Assembly: GCA_016874935.1 (NCBI GenBank)
Contig: VGSS01000003.1
Location: 1-56,399 of the forward strand
Length of the DNA: 56,399 nucleotides
Origin: Deltaproteobacteria bacterium
Lineage (GTDB): Bacteria > Desulfobacterota > BSN033 > UBA1163
Reading direction: 5' to 3'
The notes beneath the pieces are model-generated. The model was not told the origin of the DNA. It saw only the letters and a list, made by a program, of their open reading frames with translations, and made no database searches. Each line of letters starts with the position of its first letter. Position 1 is the first letter of the stretch. The position numbers were made by a program, and so were the translations under genes. This document shows, piece after piece, positions 31,063 through 41,852 of this stretch.

Positions 31063-32175
31063 ATGGCGCTTCAAGGGACACTGAAAGACTTCAGCATCAC
31101 CGAGATCATCCAGCTCATCGGGCAGCAGCTCAAAACAGGAGTCTTGAAGATACGCAGGGGAAAGAGTCTGGTCGAGATCTCTTTTGTCGACGGGATGATC
31201 GTCCACGTCTACTCCAATTACCGGGGAAAGAAAGACCTCATCGGCGAGATCCTGGTCAAGGCCCAGTTGATCACCGACGAACAACTCGAAAGGGTGCTGA
31301 AGGTCCAGAAAGAGACGCCCAAATATATAGGAGAGATTCTGGTCGAAATCGGATTGTTGACGAAAGAGGACATCCTGAAGGTGATCACGACTCAGATCTA
31401 TGAGACGATCTACGACCTTTTCTGGTGGGAGGATGGGACCTTCAATTTCGATCTCAAACTGGTGGAAAGTTATAAGAAGATTCCCTTCACCCTCAGCACG
31501 GAGCAGGTCCTGTTGAACATCCTCCGGATGGTGGATGAGGGGTCGGAGATTGAAAAAAAGATCTTTTCTCCTCACCTCGTCTTTCGAGAACCGCCTAGGA
31601 TAGAGGAGAAATCAGGAGGAGTCCTCTCCCCTCATGGCCTGATGAGCGAGAAGCTGACTTCGGAACAGGAGTTGATCCTGAACCTGGTCGATGGAACACG
31701 AACCGTCCAGGAAATCATCGACCGATGCCTTCTGGGGAAGTTCAACACCAGAGAGATCTTATTCAACCTCATGGAGATGGGTTTTATCGAGATGGTCGGG
31801 GTCCACACTCCGAGCCTCGTCAAGAAGGTGAGGACGATCAATTTTAGGGAAGCGCTGGCTTTCGTCTATTATGGCGCCTTTTTGATCTCAATCTTTTTCC
31901 TCCTGATCTACTTTAAACCCAATTTTTTGCGATTCTTCTGGGATTCGAAGATCGAGCGGGTCAATATCGAGACACCCGCTCTTTTCGTCCATCGAGTTCA
32001 ACTCGACCGGATCAAGAGCGCCCTGGAGATATTCTATCTGGAGAGAGGAGCCTATCCTCAAAGACTGGAGGAGCTGGCGGCTGCCCGGCTCATCCGGAAA
32101 GACGACCTCTTCTATCGTAAAGGCGTTTCCTATCAGTACGAGCTGAGAGATGGGAAATATATTTTGAAACATTGA
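31063..32175 (+). CDS. DUF4388 (PATAN-like) protein with MshEN-like repeat, TM helix and GspG-like tail
   Basis: MALQGTLKDFSITEIIQLI...KTGVL; IGEILV..LIT.EQL..L..Q; W.DG.F.F; ALEIFYLERGAYPQRLEEL. Confidence 0.8.
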   Translation: MALQGTLKDFSITEIIQLIGQQLKTGVLKIRRGKSLVEISFVDGMIVHVYSNYRGKKDLIGEILVKAQLITDEQLERVLKVQKETPKYIGEILVEIGLLTKEDILKVITTQIYETIYDLFWWEDGTFNFDLKLVESYKKIPFTLSTEQVLLNILRMVDEGSEIEKKIFSPHLVFREPPRIEEKSGGVLSPHGLMSEKLTSEQELILNLVDGTRTVQEIIDRCLLGKFNTREILFNLMEMGFIEMVGVHTPSLVKKVRTINFREALAFVYYGAFLISIFFLLIYFKPNFLRFFWDSKIERVNIETPALFVHRVQLDRIKSALEIFYLERGAYPQRLEELAAARLIRKDDLFYRKGVSYQYELRDGKYILKH

Positions 32176-32233
32176 AGCAAGCCATTTCTGTTTATCACAT
32201 TCCTCTTTCATCCCATGATCCTGAAGGAAAAGA

Positions 32234-33793
32234 ATGGAGCGATCTTCAATCTTCGATAAGATACTTATACTCGATTTTGGCTCCCAATATACCCAGTTGA
32301 TCGCCCGTCGCGTGAGGGAATGCCGGATCTATAGCGAGATCCATTCCTACGATTTTCCCCTAAAGAGAATCAAAACCCTCTCCCCCAAAGGGATCATCCT
32401 CTCAGGAGGACCTTCCAGCGTTTATGAATCGGGAGCTCCTTATTGCGACCCTCAACTCCTGCGAATGGGAATTCCCATTTTAGGGATCTGTTATGGAATG
32501 CAATTGATCGGCGACCTGCTGGGAGGGGAGGTCGCCCATTCGGAGAAAAGGGAATACGGAAAGGCAAGATTGATCATTGCCCGCGGGGGAAAACTATTTA
32601 AAGGGATTGGAGAAAAAGGGAATTCACTCCAGGTGTGGATGAGCCATGGAGACCAGATCCGGAGGTTGCCCCCCGGTTTTCATGCGGTCGCCCATTCCGG
32701 CAACACACCCTTTGCCGCCATCGAAGATCGCCGGAGAAGGATCTACGGCCTTCAGTTTCATCCGGAGGTGGTCCATACCCGCAAAGGGATCGACCTCATC
32801 CGAAATTTTCTCTTCTGTGTGTGTGGATGTCAGCACCTCTGGGACATGCGGTCTTTTCTTGGAGAGACCGAAGGTGCTCTGAAGAAAAGAATCGGCTCGG
32901 GAAGAGTGGTCTGCGGCTTGAGCGGAGGGGTCGATTCCACGGTCGTCGCTCTTCTTCTCCATCGGGTGATCGGCGATCGTTTGCAATGTATCTTTGTGAA
33001 TAATGGACTGTTGAGACGGAATGAGGCAGAGCAGGTCATCGACCTCTTCAGCCGCCATTTTAATATTCCTCTCATCTATGTGGATGCCGAAGAGCGTTTT
33101 CTGAAACGGTTGAAGGGGGTGACCGATCCGGAAGAGAAGAGGAAGAAGATCGGGAGGGAGTTTATTGCCGTTTTCGAAAAGGAGGCGAGGAAAATCGGCG
33201 GGGTGAACTATCTGGCTCAGGGAACCCTCTATCCCGATGTGATCGAAAGCGTCTCATGGAAGGGGCCGTCCGCCACGATCAAAAGTCATCATAACGTCGG
33301 GGGATTGCCGGAGAAGATGAGATTGAGGCTGGTGGAACCCCTGCGGGAATTGTTTAAGGATGAGGTGAGAGAGCTGGGCAGGGAACTGGGTCTCCCCTCA
33401 TCGATGATCCACCGGCAGCCTTTTCCGGGGCCAGGGCTTGCCATCCGAATCATCGGAGAGGTCAATAAGGAAAGGCTGGAGATTTTGAGAGATGCGGATG
33501 AGATTGTCATGGAAGAGATGAGGAAGAACAATCTCCTCAATCGGGTTTGGCAATGCTTTGCGGTGCTGCTTCCCATCAAAACCGTGGGCGTAATGGGCGA
33601 TTTACGGACGTATGAAAATGTGGTTGCCTTACGGATCGTGGAAAGCCGGGATGGCATGACCGCAGATTGGGTGAAGCTGCCCCACCGGATCCTGGAACAG
33701 ATGGCCAACCGGATCATCAATGAGGTGAAGAAAGTGAACCGGGTGGTGTATGATATTAGTTCAAAGCCGCCCAGCACGATTGAATGGGAATAA
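32234..33793 (+). CDS. guaA: GMP synthase (glutamine-hydrolysing)
   Basis: [41 protein letters not shown]. Confidence 0.98.
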   Translation: MERSSIFDKILILDFGSQYTQLIARRVRECRIYSEIHSYDFPLKRIKTLSPKGIILSGGPSSVYESGAPYCDPQLLRMGIPILGICYGMQLIGDLLGGEVAHSEKREYGKARLIIARGGKLFKGIGEKGNSLQVWMSHGDQIRRLPPGFHAVAHSGNTPFAAIEDRRRRIYGLQFHPEVVHTRKGIDLIRNFLFCVCGCQHLWDMRSFLGETEGALKKRIGSGRVVCGLSGGVDSTVVALLLHRVIGDRLQCIFVNNGLLRRNEAEQVIDLFSRHFNIPLIYVDAEERFLKRLKGVTDPEEKRKKIGREFIAVFEKEARKIGGVNYLAQGTLYPDVIESVSWKGPSATIKSHHNVGGLPEKMRLRLVEPLRELFKDEVRELGRELGLPSSMIHRQPFPGPGLAIRIIGEVNKERLEILRDADEIVMEEMRKNNLLNRVWQCFAVLLPIKTVGVMGDLRTYENVVALRIVESRDGMTADWVKLPHRILEQMANRIINEVKKVNRVVYDISSKPPSTIEWE

Positions 33794-33800
33794 GGTGAAG

Positions 33801-33980
33801 AAATATCGAAATCCGAAGCGCGAAATTCGAAACAATATCAAATGACCAAATTTTAAATATTTGAAACAAATCGGAATTTAGAAACTTTGAATTTTGAACA
33901 TTCGAATTTGTCCTTCGACAAGCTCAGGATGGTGAGCAAAGTCGAACCATTTCGGATTTCGATATTCGAATTTCGGATTT
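33801..33980. repeat. 7-mer tandem/inverted arms with inserted CCTTCGACAAGCTCAGG-type palindrome
   Basis: tcgaaat/ccgaag/cgaaatt facing atttcgg/atttcga; insert at about 33912-33949. Confidence 0.85.
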
Positions 33981-33989
33981 AGGAGAGAT

Positions 33990-36900
33990 ATGTCGCACAA
34001 CGAATTTGTCCATCTCCATGTCCATAGCCAGTACAGCCTGTTGGACGGAGCCATCCGGTTTGATGAGGTCTTCGATTTAGCAAAGAAGTACCGGATGGAT
34101 ACCGTGGCGCTGACCGATCATGGGAATATGTTCGGAGCCATCGAATTTTACCAGATGGCCATCAAACATGGGATCAAACCCATCGTGGGATGTGAGCTTT
34201 ATGTGGCTCCCGGAAGCCGGTTTGAGAAAAAAACTGCAGCGGAAGGGGGAGAGGGAGCCTTTCATCTCACCCTTTTGGTTAAAAATCGGACAGGCTACTT
34301 CAACCTCATCAAACTGATCAGTCTTGCCTATCTCGAGGGATTTTACTATAAACCGAGGGTCGACAAGGAACTTCTGAGCAAGTATCACGAGGGATTGATT
34401 TGCCTCAGCGGATGTCTCAAGGGAGAGATTGCCGCCTTGGCCGGTCGCGGAGAGATGAAGAAAGGTCTCCAGGCCGCAGAGGAATATCGAAGGATCTTTG
34501 ACGATCGCCGGTTTTTCATTGAACTCATGAAAAATGGAGTTGAAAACCAGGCCCGGGTCAATGAAAGGCTCCTCGATATCGGCCGTGAGCTCTTTCTTCC
34601 TGTGGTGGCGACCAATGATTGCCATTATCTAAACCGTGAAGATGCGCAAGCCCATGAGGTTTTGCTATGCATCCAGACCGGTAAGACTCTCAACGACAGC
34701 GAACGCATGAGATTTTCTTCAGATGAATTCTATTTCAGATCCCCGCAGGAGATGATGGACCTCTTCAGAGAGACTCCGGAGGCCATCGCTCACACGATGG
34801 AGATAGCCGAGGCATGTAACCTGGAGTTGAAATTTGACGAGAAGCATATTCCGCGGATCATCGTCCCTTCCGGAGAATCGCCGGACAGCCATCTCGAAAC
34901 GCTTGCACGGGAAGGATTGGAGAAAAGGCTTCTCCCCTATCGGAATGCGAAGAATTTTCAGGAACGGGCCTCGCGATACCGTGGTCGTCTCGAAGAGGAA
35001 TTGAAGATCATCACGTCCATGGGATATCCCGGATATTTTTTAATTGTTGCCGATTTCATCCATTACGCAAAACAGAAAGAGATTCCGGTCGGGCCGGGGC
35101 GAGGTTCGGTGGCAGGAAGCCTGGTGGCCTATGCGCTCAACATCACGGACCTGGACCCTATTGAATATGACCTCATCTTCGAAAGATTTTTGAATCCGGG
35201 TCGAAAGAGCAGCATGCCGGATGTGGATGTCGATTTCTGTATAGAAGGAAGGGATGAGGTGATCCGGTATGTGACGGATAAATACGGAAAGGAGAATGTC
35301 GCTCAGATCATCACTTTCGGCAAGATGCAGGCAAGGGCAGTGCTGCGGGATGTGGGCCGGGTGATGGGCATTCCCTATGCTGAAGTGGACCGGATCGCCA
35401 AGCTCATTCCAGGCACTCCCAATATCAGTCTCGAAGAAGCTCTGGAGAAAGAACCCCAATTGAAGGAGATGATTCAGAAAGATTCGAAAATCGCCTCCCT
35501 CTTTAAGATTGCCGGATCACTCGAAGGCCTGAACCGTCATGCCTCCACCCATGCGGCAGGAGTGGTCATCTCGAACCGGCCTTTGATGGATTACCTTCCC
35601 CTCTACCGCGGGCAGGACGGAGAGGTCATTACCCAGTATGCGATGAAAGAGGTGGAGGCCATCGGATTGGTCAAATTCGACTTTTTGGGGCTTAAGACCC
35701 TGACGATGGTGAACCATGCCATTAAACTTATTGAGATGAACCGGGGAATAAAGATTGAACTCTCGGAGATTCCTCTCGATGCCCCCGAGGTGTTTGCATC
35801 ACTTGGAGCCGGCTCCAATCTCGGCATCTTCCAGTTGGAGAGTTCCGGGATGAGAGATCTCCTGACCAAACTCAAACCGGAGAGTTTCAAAGACATCATC
35901 GCCCTGGTGGCCCTCTATCGGCCAGGGCCTCTCGACAGCGGGATGGTGGAGGAGTTTGTCAAACGGAGACACGGGAAGGTGGCCATCTCCCATGAAATTC
36001 CGGCTCTTGAGGCAATTCTGAGGGATACCTATGGGGTCATCGTCTATCAGGAACAGGTGATGCGCATTGCGAGCAGTCTTGCCAGTTTTACGCTCGAAGA
36101 TGCGGATAACCTGCGGAGGGCCATGGCCAAGAAAGATTCATCAGAGATGGAGAAACAGAAGGAGAGGTTCCTGGAAGGTTCAAAAAAGAACCGGATTTCT
36201 CCCAAGAAGGCCGAGAAGATATTTGAACAGATGGAAACCTTTGGTCGTTACGGCTTCAATAAATCACACAGCGCAGCCTATGCCCTCATCGCCTACCAGA
36301 CCGCCTACTTGAAGACACACTACCCGATCGAATTTATGGCCGCCCTGCTGACTAGCGAGGTGCAGAACGCGGATAAGATTATGAGATATATCACAGAATG
36401 TCGCGAGATGTCGATTTCCATCCTGCCTCCGGACATCAATGAGAGTCACAAGGATTTTACCGTTGTGGGAAATCAGATTCGGTTCGGGCTGGCTGCGGTT
36501 AAGAACGTGGGGGAAGCCGCCATTGAGGTCATCCTTAAAGAAAAAGAGGAGAAAGGTAGATTTGAATCCCTTTACGATTTCTGCCGGAGGGTCGATCTGA
36601 GAAAGGTGAATCGACGGGTGATCGAAAGTCTGATCAAATGCGGCGCCTTCGACTTCTCAAAGGTCCATCGCTCCCAGATGCTGACCGTTCTGGATGAGAT
36701 CCTGGAGCGATCGCAGGGAGTTCAAAGGAAGAGGGATACAACCCAGATGAGCATGTGGGAAGTCTCTTCGGGAGAGAGAGAGGAGTCCTATCCTGAGATC
36801 GATGAGTTTCCTGAAAGTCAGTTGATCCTTTTTGAAAAGGAGACGATTGGATTTTACATCTCCCGGCATCCCCTGTCAGCCTATCAGGAGGAGATCAAGA

Positions 36901-37451
36901 GGCATACAGGCGAAGATACCTCAACCCTGCTCCGGTTGCAGAATGGTCAGGAGGTAAAGATTTGCGGCCTGGTCAGCAGTCTGAAGGAGATCGTCACCAA
37001 AAAAGGGGACCGGATGGCCTTTTTGAACCTTGAGGATATGAAGGGATTTGTAGAGGTCATCCTTTTTCCGGAAGTATTTAAGAGCGCTTCAAACTGCATC
37101 GGGGGGGGAGAACCCCTCCTGGTCCGGGGGAGTCTCGATCTCGCCGAGGACCGTGTCAAGATCAAAGCGACGGAGGTGCGATCCCTTGCCGATTTAGCAT
37201 CCTCTCCCCCCAGGTCCGTTCATTTAAAGATCCCTCAATCCTCTTTATCGCAAACAGGTCTTGCCCAACTGAAGGAGGCAATCCTTTCCCATAAGGGGTC
37301 CTGTCGGATCTTCTTCCATATCACCAACGGAGAACAACAGGAGACCGTGATCGCCTTTTCCGATGAGTACCGGGTCGATCCCTCTCCGATCTTTCAAGAT
37401 CGTATCAAAACGTTATTTCCCTCTCCTCGACTCTCTATCGAATGGGGTTAA
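33990..37451 (+). CDS. dnaE: DNA polymerase III alpha subunit
   Basis: PHP domain HLHVHSQYSLLDG, GPGRGS, PDVDVDF, KFDFLGL, YGFNKSH and OB fold. Confidence 0.98.
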   Translation: MSHNEFVHLHVHSQYSLLDGAIRFDEVFDLAKKYRMDTVALTDHGNMFGAIEFYQMAIKHGIKPIVGCELYVAPGSRFEKKTAAEGGEGAFHLTLLVKNRTGYFNLIKLISLAYLEGFYYKPRVDKELLSKYHEGLICLSGCLKGEIAALAGRGEMKKGLQAAEEYRRIFDDRRFFIELMKNGVENQARVNERLLDIGRELFLPVVATNDCHYLNREDAQAHEVLLCIQTGKTLNDSERMRFSSDEFYFRSPQEMMDLFRETPEAIAHTMEIAEACNLELKFDEKHIPRIIVPSGESPDSHLETLAREGLEKRLLPYRNAKNFQERASRYRGRLEEELKIITSMGYPGYFLIVADFIHYAKQKEIPVGPGRGSVAGSLVAYALNITDLDPIEYDLIFERFLNPGRKSSMPDVDVDFCIEGRDEVIRYVTDKYGKENVAQIITFGKMQARAVLRDVGRVMGIPYAEVDRIAKLIPGTPNISLEEALEKEPQLKEMIQKDSKIASLFKIAGSLEGLNRHASTHAAGVVISNRPLMDYLPLYRGQDGEVITQYAMKEVEAIGLVKFDFLGLKTLTMVNHAIKLIEMNRGIKIELSEIPLDAPEVFASLGAGSNLGIFQLESSGMRDLLTKLKPESFKDIIALVALYRPGPLDSGMVEEFVKRRHGKVAISHEIPALEAILRDTYGVIVYQEQVMRIASSLASFTLEDADNLRRAMAKKDSSEMEKQKERFLEGSKKNRISPKKAEKIFEQMETFGRYGFNKSHSAAYALIAYQTAYLKTHYPIEFMAALLTSEVQNADKIMRYITECREMSISILPPDINESHKDFTVVGNQIRFGLAAVKNVGEAAIEVILKEKEEKGRFESLYDFCRRVDLRKVNRRVIESLIKCGAFDFSKVHRSQMLTVLDEILERSQGVQRKRDTTQMSMWEVSSGEREESYPEIDEFPESQLILFEKETIGFYISRHPLSAYQEEIKRHTGEDTSTLLRLQNGQEVKICGLVSSLKEIVTKKGDRMAFLNLEDMKGFVEVILFPEVFKSASNCIGGGEPLLVRGSLDLAEDRVKIKATEVRSLADLASSPPRSVHLKIPQSSLSQTGLAQLKEAILSHKGSCRIFFHITNGEQQETVIAFSDEYRVDPSPIFQDRIKTLFPSPRLSIEWG

Positions 37452-37454
37452 AAG

Positions 37455-38426
37455 ATGGTAAAGCATTATCTCGATTTTGAGAAACCACTCGTCGAACTGG
37501 AAAACGAGATCGAACATTTAAAGAGATTTTCAAAAGGGAAACATCTCCCTATCGGCGAGCAGATCAAGAACCTCGAAGAGAAGCTCCAACGGCTGCGAAA
37601 AGAGGTCTTTTCGAGCCTGACGGGGTGGCAGGTTACGCAGCTGGCCCGGCATATCGACAGGCCCAAAGCCTCCTATTATATTCAAGCGATCTTCAAAGAT
37701 TTTGTTGAACTCCACGGGGACCGATATTACGGGGATGACCCGGCCATCGTCGGGGGAATGGCAAGGTTTAATGGAAAACCGGTGTTCGTGGTGGCTCACC
37801 AGAAGGGAGCCGACGTCAAAGAGATGGCGGACCGGAATTTCGGGATGCCTCATCCAGAGGGATACCGGAAGGCATTTAGGCTGATGAAGATGGCGGAGGT
37901 GTTTCAAAAACCGGTCATCACAATGATCGACACGCCGGGCGCCTTTCCGGGAGTGGGGGCTGAGGAAAGGGGGCAGGCTGAGGCCATTGCCCGGAATCTC
38001 AAAATGATGGCGATGCTCCGGACGCCAATCCTGACCTTCGTCATCGGAGAAGGGGGAAGCGGAGGCGCCCTGGCCATCGGAGTAGGGGACCGGATATTAA
38101 TGCTGGAATATTCCATCTATTCGGTCATCTCTCCGGAGGGATGCGCGGCCATCCTCTGGAAAGACGGCGAAAAGGGCAAAGCCATGGCTGCGGATTCCTT
38201 AAAATTGACCGCCGGCGATCTCTTTAGATTGGGAGTCATCGATGAGGTGATTGAGGAGCCCCTTGGGGGAGCGCACCGGGATCCGAGAGAGATGGCCGAT
38301 CGTTTAAAAAGGGCGCTGGAAACACATCTGATGGAATTGGAGAAGATGGAAATAGATTCCGTCTTAATGAATCGGTATGAGAAATTCAGAAAGATGGGGG
38401 CCTTTCTCGAGGGGAGTGGAACGTAG
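37455..38426 (+). CDS. accA: Acetyl-CoA carboxylase carboxyltransferase alpha
   Basis: YLDFEKP, NFGMPHPEGYRKA, IDTPGA, GEGGSGGA. Confidence 0.97.
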   Translation: MVKHYLDFEKPLVELENEIEHLKRFSKGKHLPIGEQIKNLEEKLQRLRKEVFSSLTGWQVTQLARHIDRPKASYYIQAIFKDFVELHGDRYYGDDPAIVGGMARFNGKPVFVVAHQKGADVKEMADRNFGMPHPEGYRKAFRLMKMAEVFQKPVITMIDTPGAFPGVGAEERGQAEAIARNLKMMAMLRTPILTFVIGEGGSGGALAIGVGDRILMLEYSIYSVISPEGCAAILWKDGEKGKAMAADSLKLTAGDLFRLGVIDEVIEEPLGGAHRDPREMADRLKRALETHLMELEKMEIDSVLMNRYEKFRKMGAFLEGSGT

Positions 38427-38503
38427 GGAGTAGAGGGTAATCCTTCATGACGGAGCGTCACTCACAAACCATGAAGGTAGTCCGGAGGCTTGGTGAAGGT
38501 GAC

Positions 38504-38605
38504 GGTTACGAAGCCCGTTTCGTTAACGGGTTACGGTTACGTATAAAAAATTAAGAGACAATAAACGTAGCCTTTTATTAACGATATGGGCCTCATTGCA
38601 CTTAC
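38504..38605 (-). repeat. Dispersed ~100-bp repeat, copy B
   Basis: Reverse complement aligns along its length to 20474-20575. Confidence 0.88.
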
Positions 38606-38631
38606 CATCAGACCTCAAACTTATACTTTCG

Positions 38632-40380
38632 ATGATGACAGGTAAAATTCGAGTTTTGCCGGAGGCTGTTGCACAAAAGATTGCGGCTGGAGAAGTCGTT
38701 GAAAGGCCGGCCTCTGTGGTGAAGGAGCTGATGGAAAACGCAATCGACGCGGGGGCTTCTGAGATCGTCGTGGAACTCAGATCGGGCGGGCTCCAGCTCA
38801 TCCGGGTGGTCGATAATGGGGAAGGGATGGTTTCCGAAGATGTTCCCCTTGCCCTCCAGCGATTCGCCACCAGCAAGATCAAGAGAGCCGAGGACCTCTA
38901 TGCCATCGAGACGCTGGGGTTCAGAGGGGAGGCATTGCCCAGCATCGCCTCTATCTCAAAGATGGTTCTTAAGACCCGGTCAGCCAATTCTATCAGCGGA
39001 ACGAAGGTTGTCTCCGAAGGAGGGGAGATCAAAAATATTTCAGAGACCGGCTGCCCTGTGGGGACTGAGGTGGAAGTCCATGAACTCTTCTACAACCTTC
39101 CGGTGCGGAGAAAATTTTTAAGATCGATTCGCACGGAACTCCGATACGCCCTCCTTCACTTTCACAGGGTGAGCCTTGCCCATTTCCACATCACATTTAA
39201 GTTGATCCATGACGGCCGCCTCCTTCAGGAGTTGTTAAAAACGGAGTCCTTGCTGATCCGGGTCGAAGCGATTCTCGGGAGGGAGGTGACCGACCAGCTC
39301 AAAGCCATCCGGTTTGAGGAGGCTGATATTCAGATCGAAGGTTTTACAAGCCTTCCCTCCCTCGCAAAGGGAAACAGGGATGGCATCTCCCTCTATATCC
39401 ACCATCGATACGTGAAGGATCGAATCATCACTAAGGCCATCCTGGATGCCTACAGACATATCCTTTCTGCCGATAGATATCCCGTTTCCATTCTCTTGAT
39501 CAGCCTTCCTCCTTCTTCCGTTGATGTGAATGTTCATCCAACCAAGGCGGAGGTGAAATTTAAAGAACCGGAGAGAATCTATCAGGCGGTATGGTCTTCG
39601 ATCCGAAGAGCGCTGGAAGAAGTCCCTCCGCATGGGAAATGGGGTTCTCCGGAAAAAAGAAAAGAAGTCCCTCCGGAAGGAGAACTTCAGGCATCTCTTT
39701 CCTTCCAGAATTCACGGAAACCCTATTCCGAAATCTGGACAGAAGAGTTCAACCCTCCAAGGGTGGGAGAGGGAGAAGGCATTGAATGGGAAGTGGAGAA
39801 GGGGGCCCCATACCGAATTGTCGGTCAGCTCTGGGGAACCTATATCCTCTGCGAGGCAGAAGGGACTCTCGTCTTCATTGACCAGCATGCCGCCCACGAA
39901 AGGATTCTGTATGAGAAATTGAAAAGGAAATTTGAAGAGCGATCCTTGGCCACAGAGACATTACTTCTTCCCGTTCTGATGGAACTATCACTCGAGGAAT
40001 CGCTCGTTCTCGATTCGGCTGAAGAAGCCTTTGAAGCGATCGGATTTGAAATCGAATCCGTGGGAGAAAGGCTCTACGCCATCCGATCCATTCCCTCCTT
40101 TATCGAACAGAAGGAAGCCGGGCAGAGGGTGAGGGAGGTGATCGAGGAACTCTCTCTCTTAAAGAGGGGAGGGGAGGGTTCAACGCCTTTGCATGCCCTT
40201 CTTATATCCCTGGCCTGCCATTCTGCGGTGCGGGCCAATTTCCCTTTGAGGAGGGAAGAGATGGAAGAGTTGATCGGGAACCTCTATCCCTTCAAACCTT
40301 CAACCACCTGCCCGCATGGCCGGCCCATCTTCTTTCTTTTTCCACTCGACGAGATGAACCGGCAGTTCAAACGGAAGTGA
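38632..40380 (+). CDS. mutL: DNA mismatch repair protein MutL
   Basis: IAAGEVVERPASVVKEL.EN, GFRGEAL, DVNVHPTK, endonuclease DQHAAHER, CPHGRP. Start moved to ATG 38632 or 38635. Confidence 0.96.
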   Translation: MMTGKIRVLPEAVAQKIAAGEVVERPASVVKELMENAIDAGASEIVVELRSGGLQLIRVVDNGEGMVSEDVPLALQRFATSKIKRAEDLYAIETLGFRGEALPSIASISKMVLKTRSANSISGTKVVSEGGEIKNISETGCPVGTEVEVHELFYNLPVRRKFLRSIRTELRYALLHFHRVSLAHFHITFKLIHDGRLLQELLKTESLLIRVEAILGREVTDQLKAIRFEEADIQIEGFTSLPSLAKGNRDGISLYIHHRYVKDRIITKAILDAYRHILSADRYPVSILLISLPPSSVDVNVHPTKAEVKFKEPERIYQAVWSSIRRALEEVPPHGKWGSPEKRKEVPPEGELQASLSFQNSRKPYSEIWTEEFNPPRVGEGEGIEWEVEKGAPYRIVGQLWGTYILCEAEGTLVFIDQHAAHERILYEKLKRKFEERSLATETLLLPVLMELSLEESLVLDSAEEAFEAIGFEIESVGERLYAIRSIPSFIEQKEAGQRVREVIEELSLLKRGGEGSTPLHALLISLACHSAVRANFPLRREEMEELIGNLYPFKPSTTCPHGRPIFFLFPLDEMNRQFKRK

Positions 40381-40430
40381 AGCGGTTCCTGATCGTCTCA
40401 TCATTGTCGCAGCATTTGTTTATAAATCCC

Positions 40431-41822
40431 TTATGACTCGTCGCCCTGGTTCAATCCGTATTTTTCCAGCCGGTAGCGCATGGATCGGAAATTGATATGT
40501 AACAATTCGGCCGCCTTCTTTTTAATCCCTTTTGTCCGGTCGAGGGCTTTGAGCAGAAGCGTCCTTTCAACATCCTCCACGATCTTTTCAAGGTCAACCC
40601 CTTCGCTCGGGATTTCGAGATCGAGGGGCTTTTTCTTGAAAGGAAGCTGTTCATCAATATAAGAACTGAGATTTTGGGCCGTCAACTCCTGAGAGGTTTC
40701 AAGGGCCACTGCCCTCTCGATAATATTCTGGAGTTCTCTTACATTGCCGGGATAGTCATATTGGACCAGAATCCGTAGGGCTTCCGGAGATACCTGGGAG
40801 ATCTGTTTGCCAAGTTCTTCCGAATATCTCTTTAAAAAATGGCCGGCCAGAGGAGGGATGTCTTCCTTACGCTCCCTCAGGGAGGGGATTTTAATCTGAA
40901 TGACATTGAGCCGGTAAAAGAGATCCTCACGAAACTGTTTTTCCCGAACGGCTTCTTCAAGGTCTTTGTTGGTTGCAGAGATGATCCGGACATCGACCCG
41001 GATGTCCTCGGTTCCTCCCACACGTTTGAACTCCCTGTCCTGCAAGACACGGAGCAATTTGACCTGCATCATCAGGGGGAGCTCGCTGATTTCATCGAGA
41101 AAGATGGTCCCCTCATCAGCCACCTCGAACAAACCCTTCTTCGTCAAAATGGCATCGGTAAAGGCTCCCCTCATGTGTCCGAAGAGTTCGCTCTCAATGA
41201 GGGATTCGGGGATGGCGCCGCAGTTTAAGGTGACGAAGGGTTTGTCCTTGCGCGGACCGTTATAGTGGATCGCCTTGGCCACCAATTCTTTGCCGGTTCC
41301 GCTATCCCCGGTAACCAAGATATTTGTTTTGGTGGGGGCAACCTTCTCCAAAAGATCATAAAGCTCCAGCATCTTGGAGCTCTGCCCGATGATATTTTCG
41401 AAATGGTACCGGTCTCTGACCACCTGCTTGAGCAGGATATTCTCCTTCTGGAGATGTTTCTTTTCCAGAGCGTTCTGGATGATCAGCTTGATCTCGTCAA
41501 TCTTAAAGGGTTTCGTAATGTAATCGTAAGCCCCTTCCTTCATCGCTTTAATGGCGGTATCGGCAGAGGCATAAGCCGTCATCATGATCACAACCGTTTC
41601 AGGCGAGATCGATTTAATCTTTTTTAGGACGGAGATCCCATCCTGTCTGGGCATGCGGATGTCCACAAGGGCCAGATCAAAGATATCCTTTTCGATCAGT
41701 TTCATCACCTCTTCTCCGTTAGAGGCGAGCGTGACCTTATAGCCTTCCTTTTTCAGCATGATGTCCAGAAATTCCCTCATGCTTTTTTCATCATCTGCGA
41801 CCAGAATCTTATCTTTTAGCAT
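40431..41822 (-). CDS. pilR: Sigma54-dependent response regulator PilR
   Basis: Receiver domain, AAA+ GDSGTGKE and GAFTDA, HTH FRSMRYRL; downstream of pilS. Confidence 0.88.
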   Translation of the reverse strand: MLKDKILVADDEKSMREFLDIMLKKEGYKVTLASNGEEVMKLIEKDIFDLALVDIRMPRQDGISVLKKIKSISPETVVIMMTAYASADTAIKAMKEGAYDYITKPFKIDEIKLIIQNALEKKHLQKENILLKQVVRDRYHFENIIGQSSKMLELYDLLEKVAPTKTNILVTGDSGTGKELVAKAIHYNGPRKDKPFVTLNCGAIPESLIESELFGHMRGAFTDAILTKKGLFEVADEGTIFLDEISELPLMMQVKLLRVLQDREFKRVGGTEDIRVDVRIISATNKDLEEAVREKQFREDLFYRLNVIQIKIPSLRERKEDIPPLAGHFLKRYSEELGKQISQVSPEALRILVQYDYPGNVRELQNIIERAVALETSQELTAQNLSSYIDEQLPFKKKPLDLEIPSEGVDLEKIVEDVERTLLLKALDRTKGIKKKAAELLHINFRSMRYRLEKYGLNQGDES

Positions 41823-41852
41823 GCTCTTTTTGCTCCGTTAGAAAGCCCCGTT

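Noticed and set aside
33990-37451. Intein in DnaE
   Set aside because: Length and motif spacing are normal, with no C...HN splice junctions or homing endonuclease insert.
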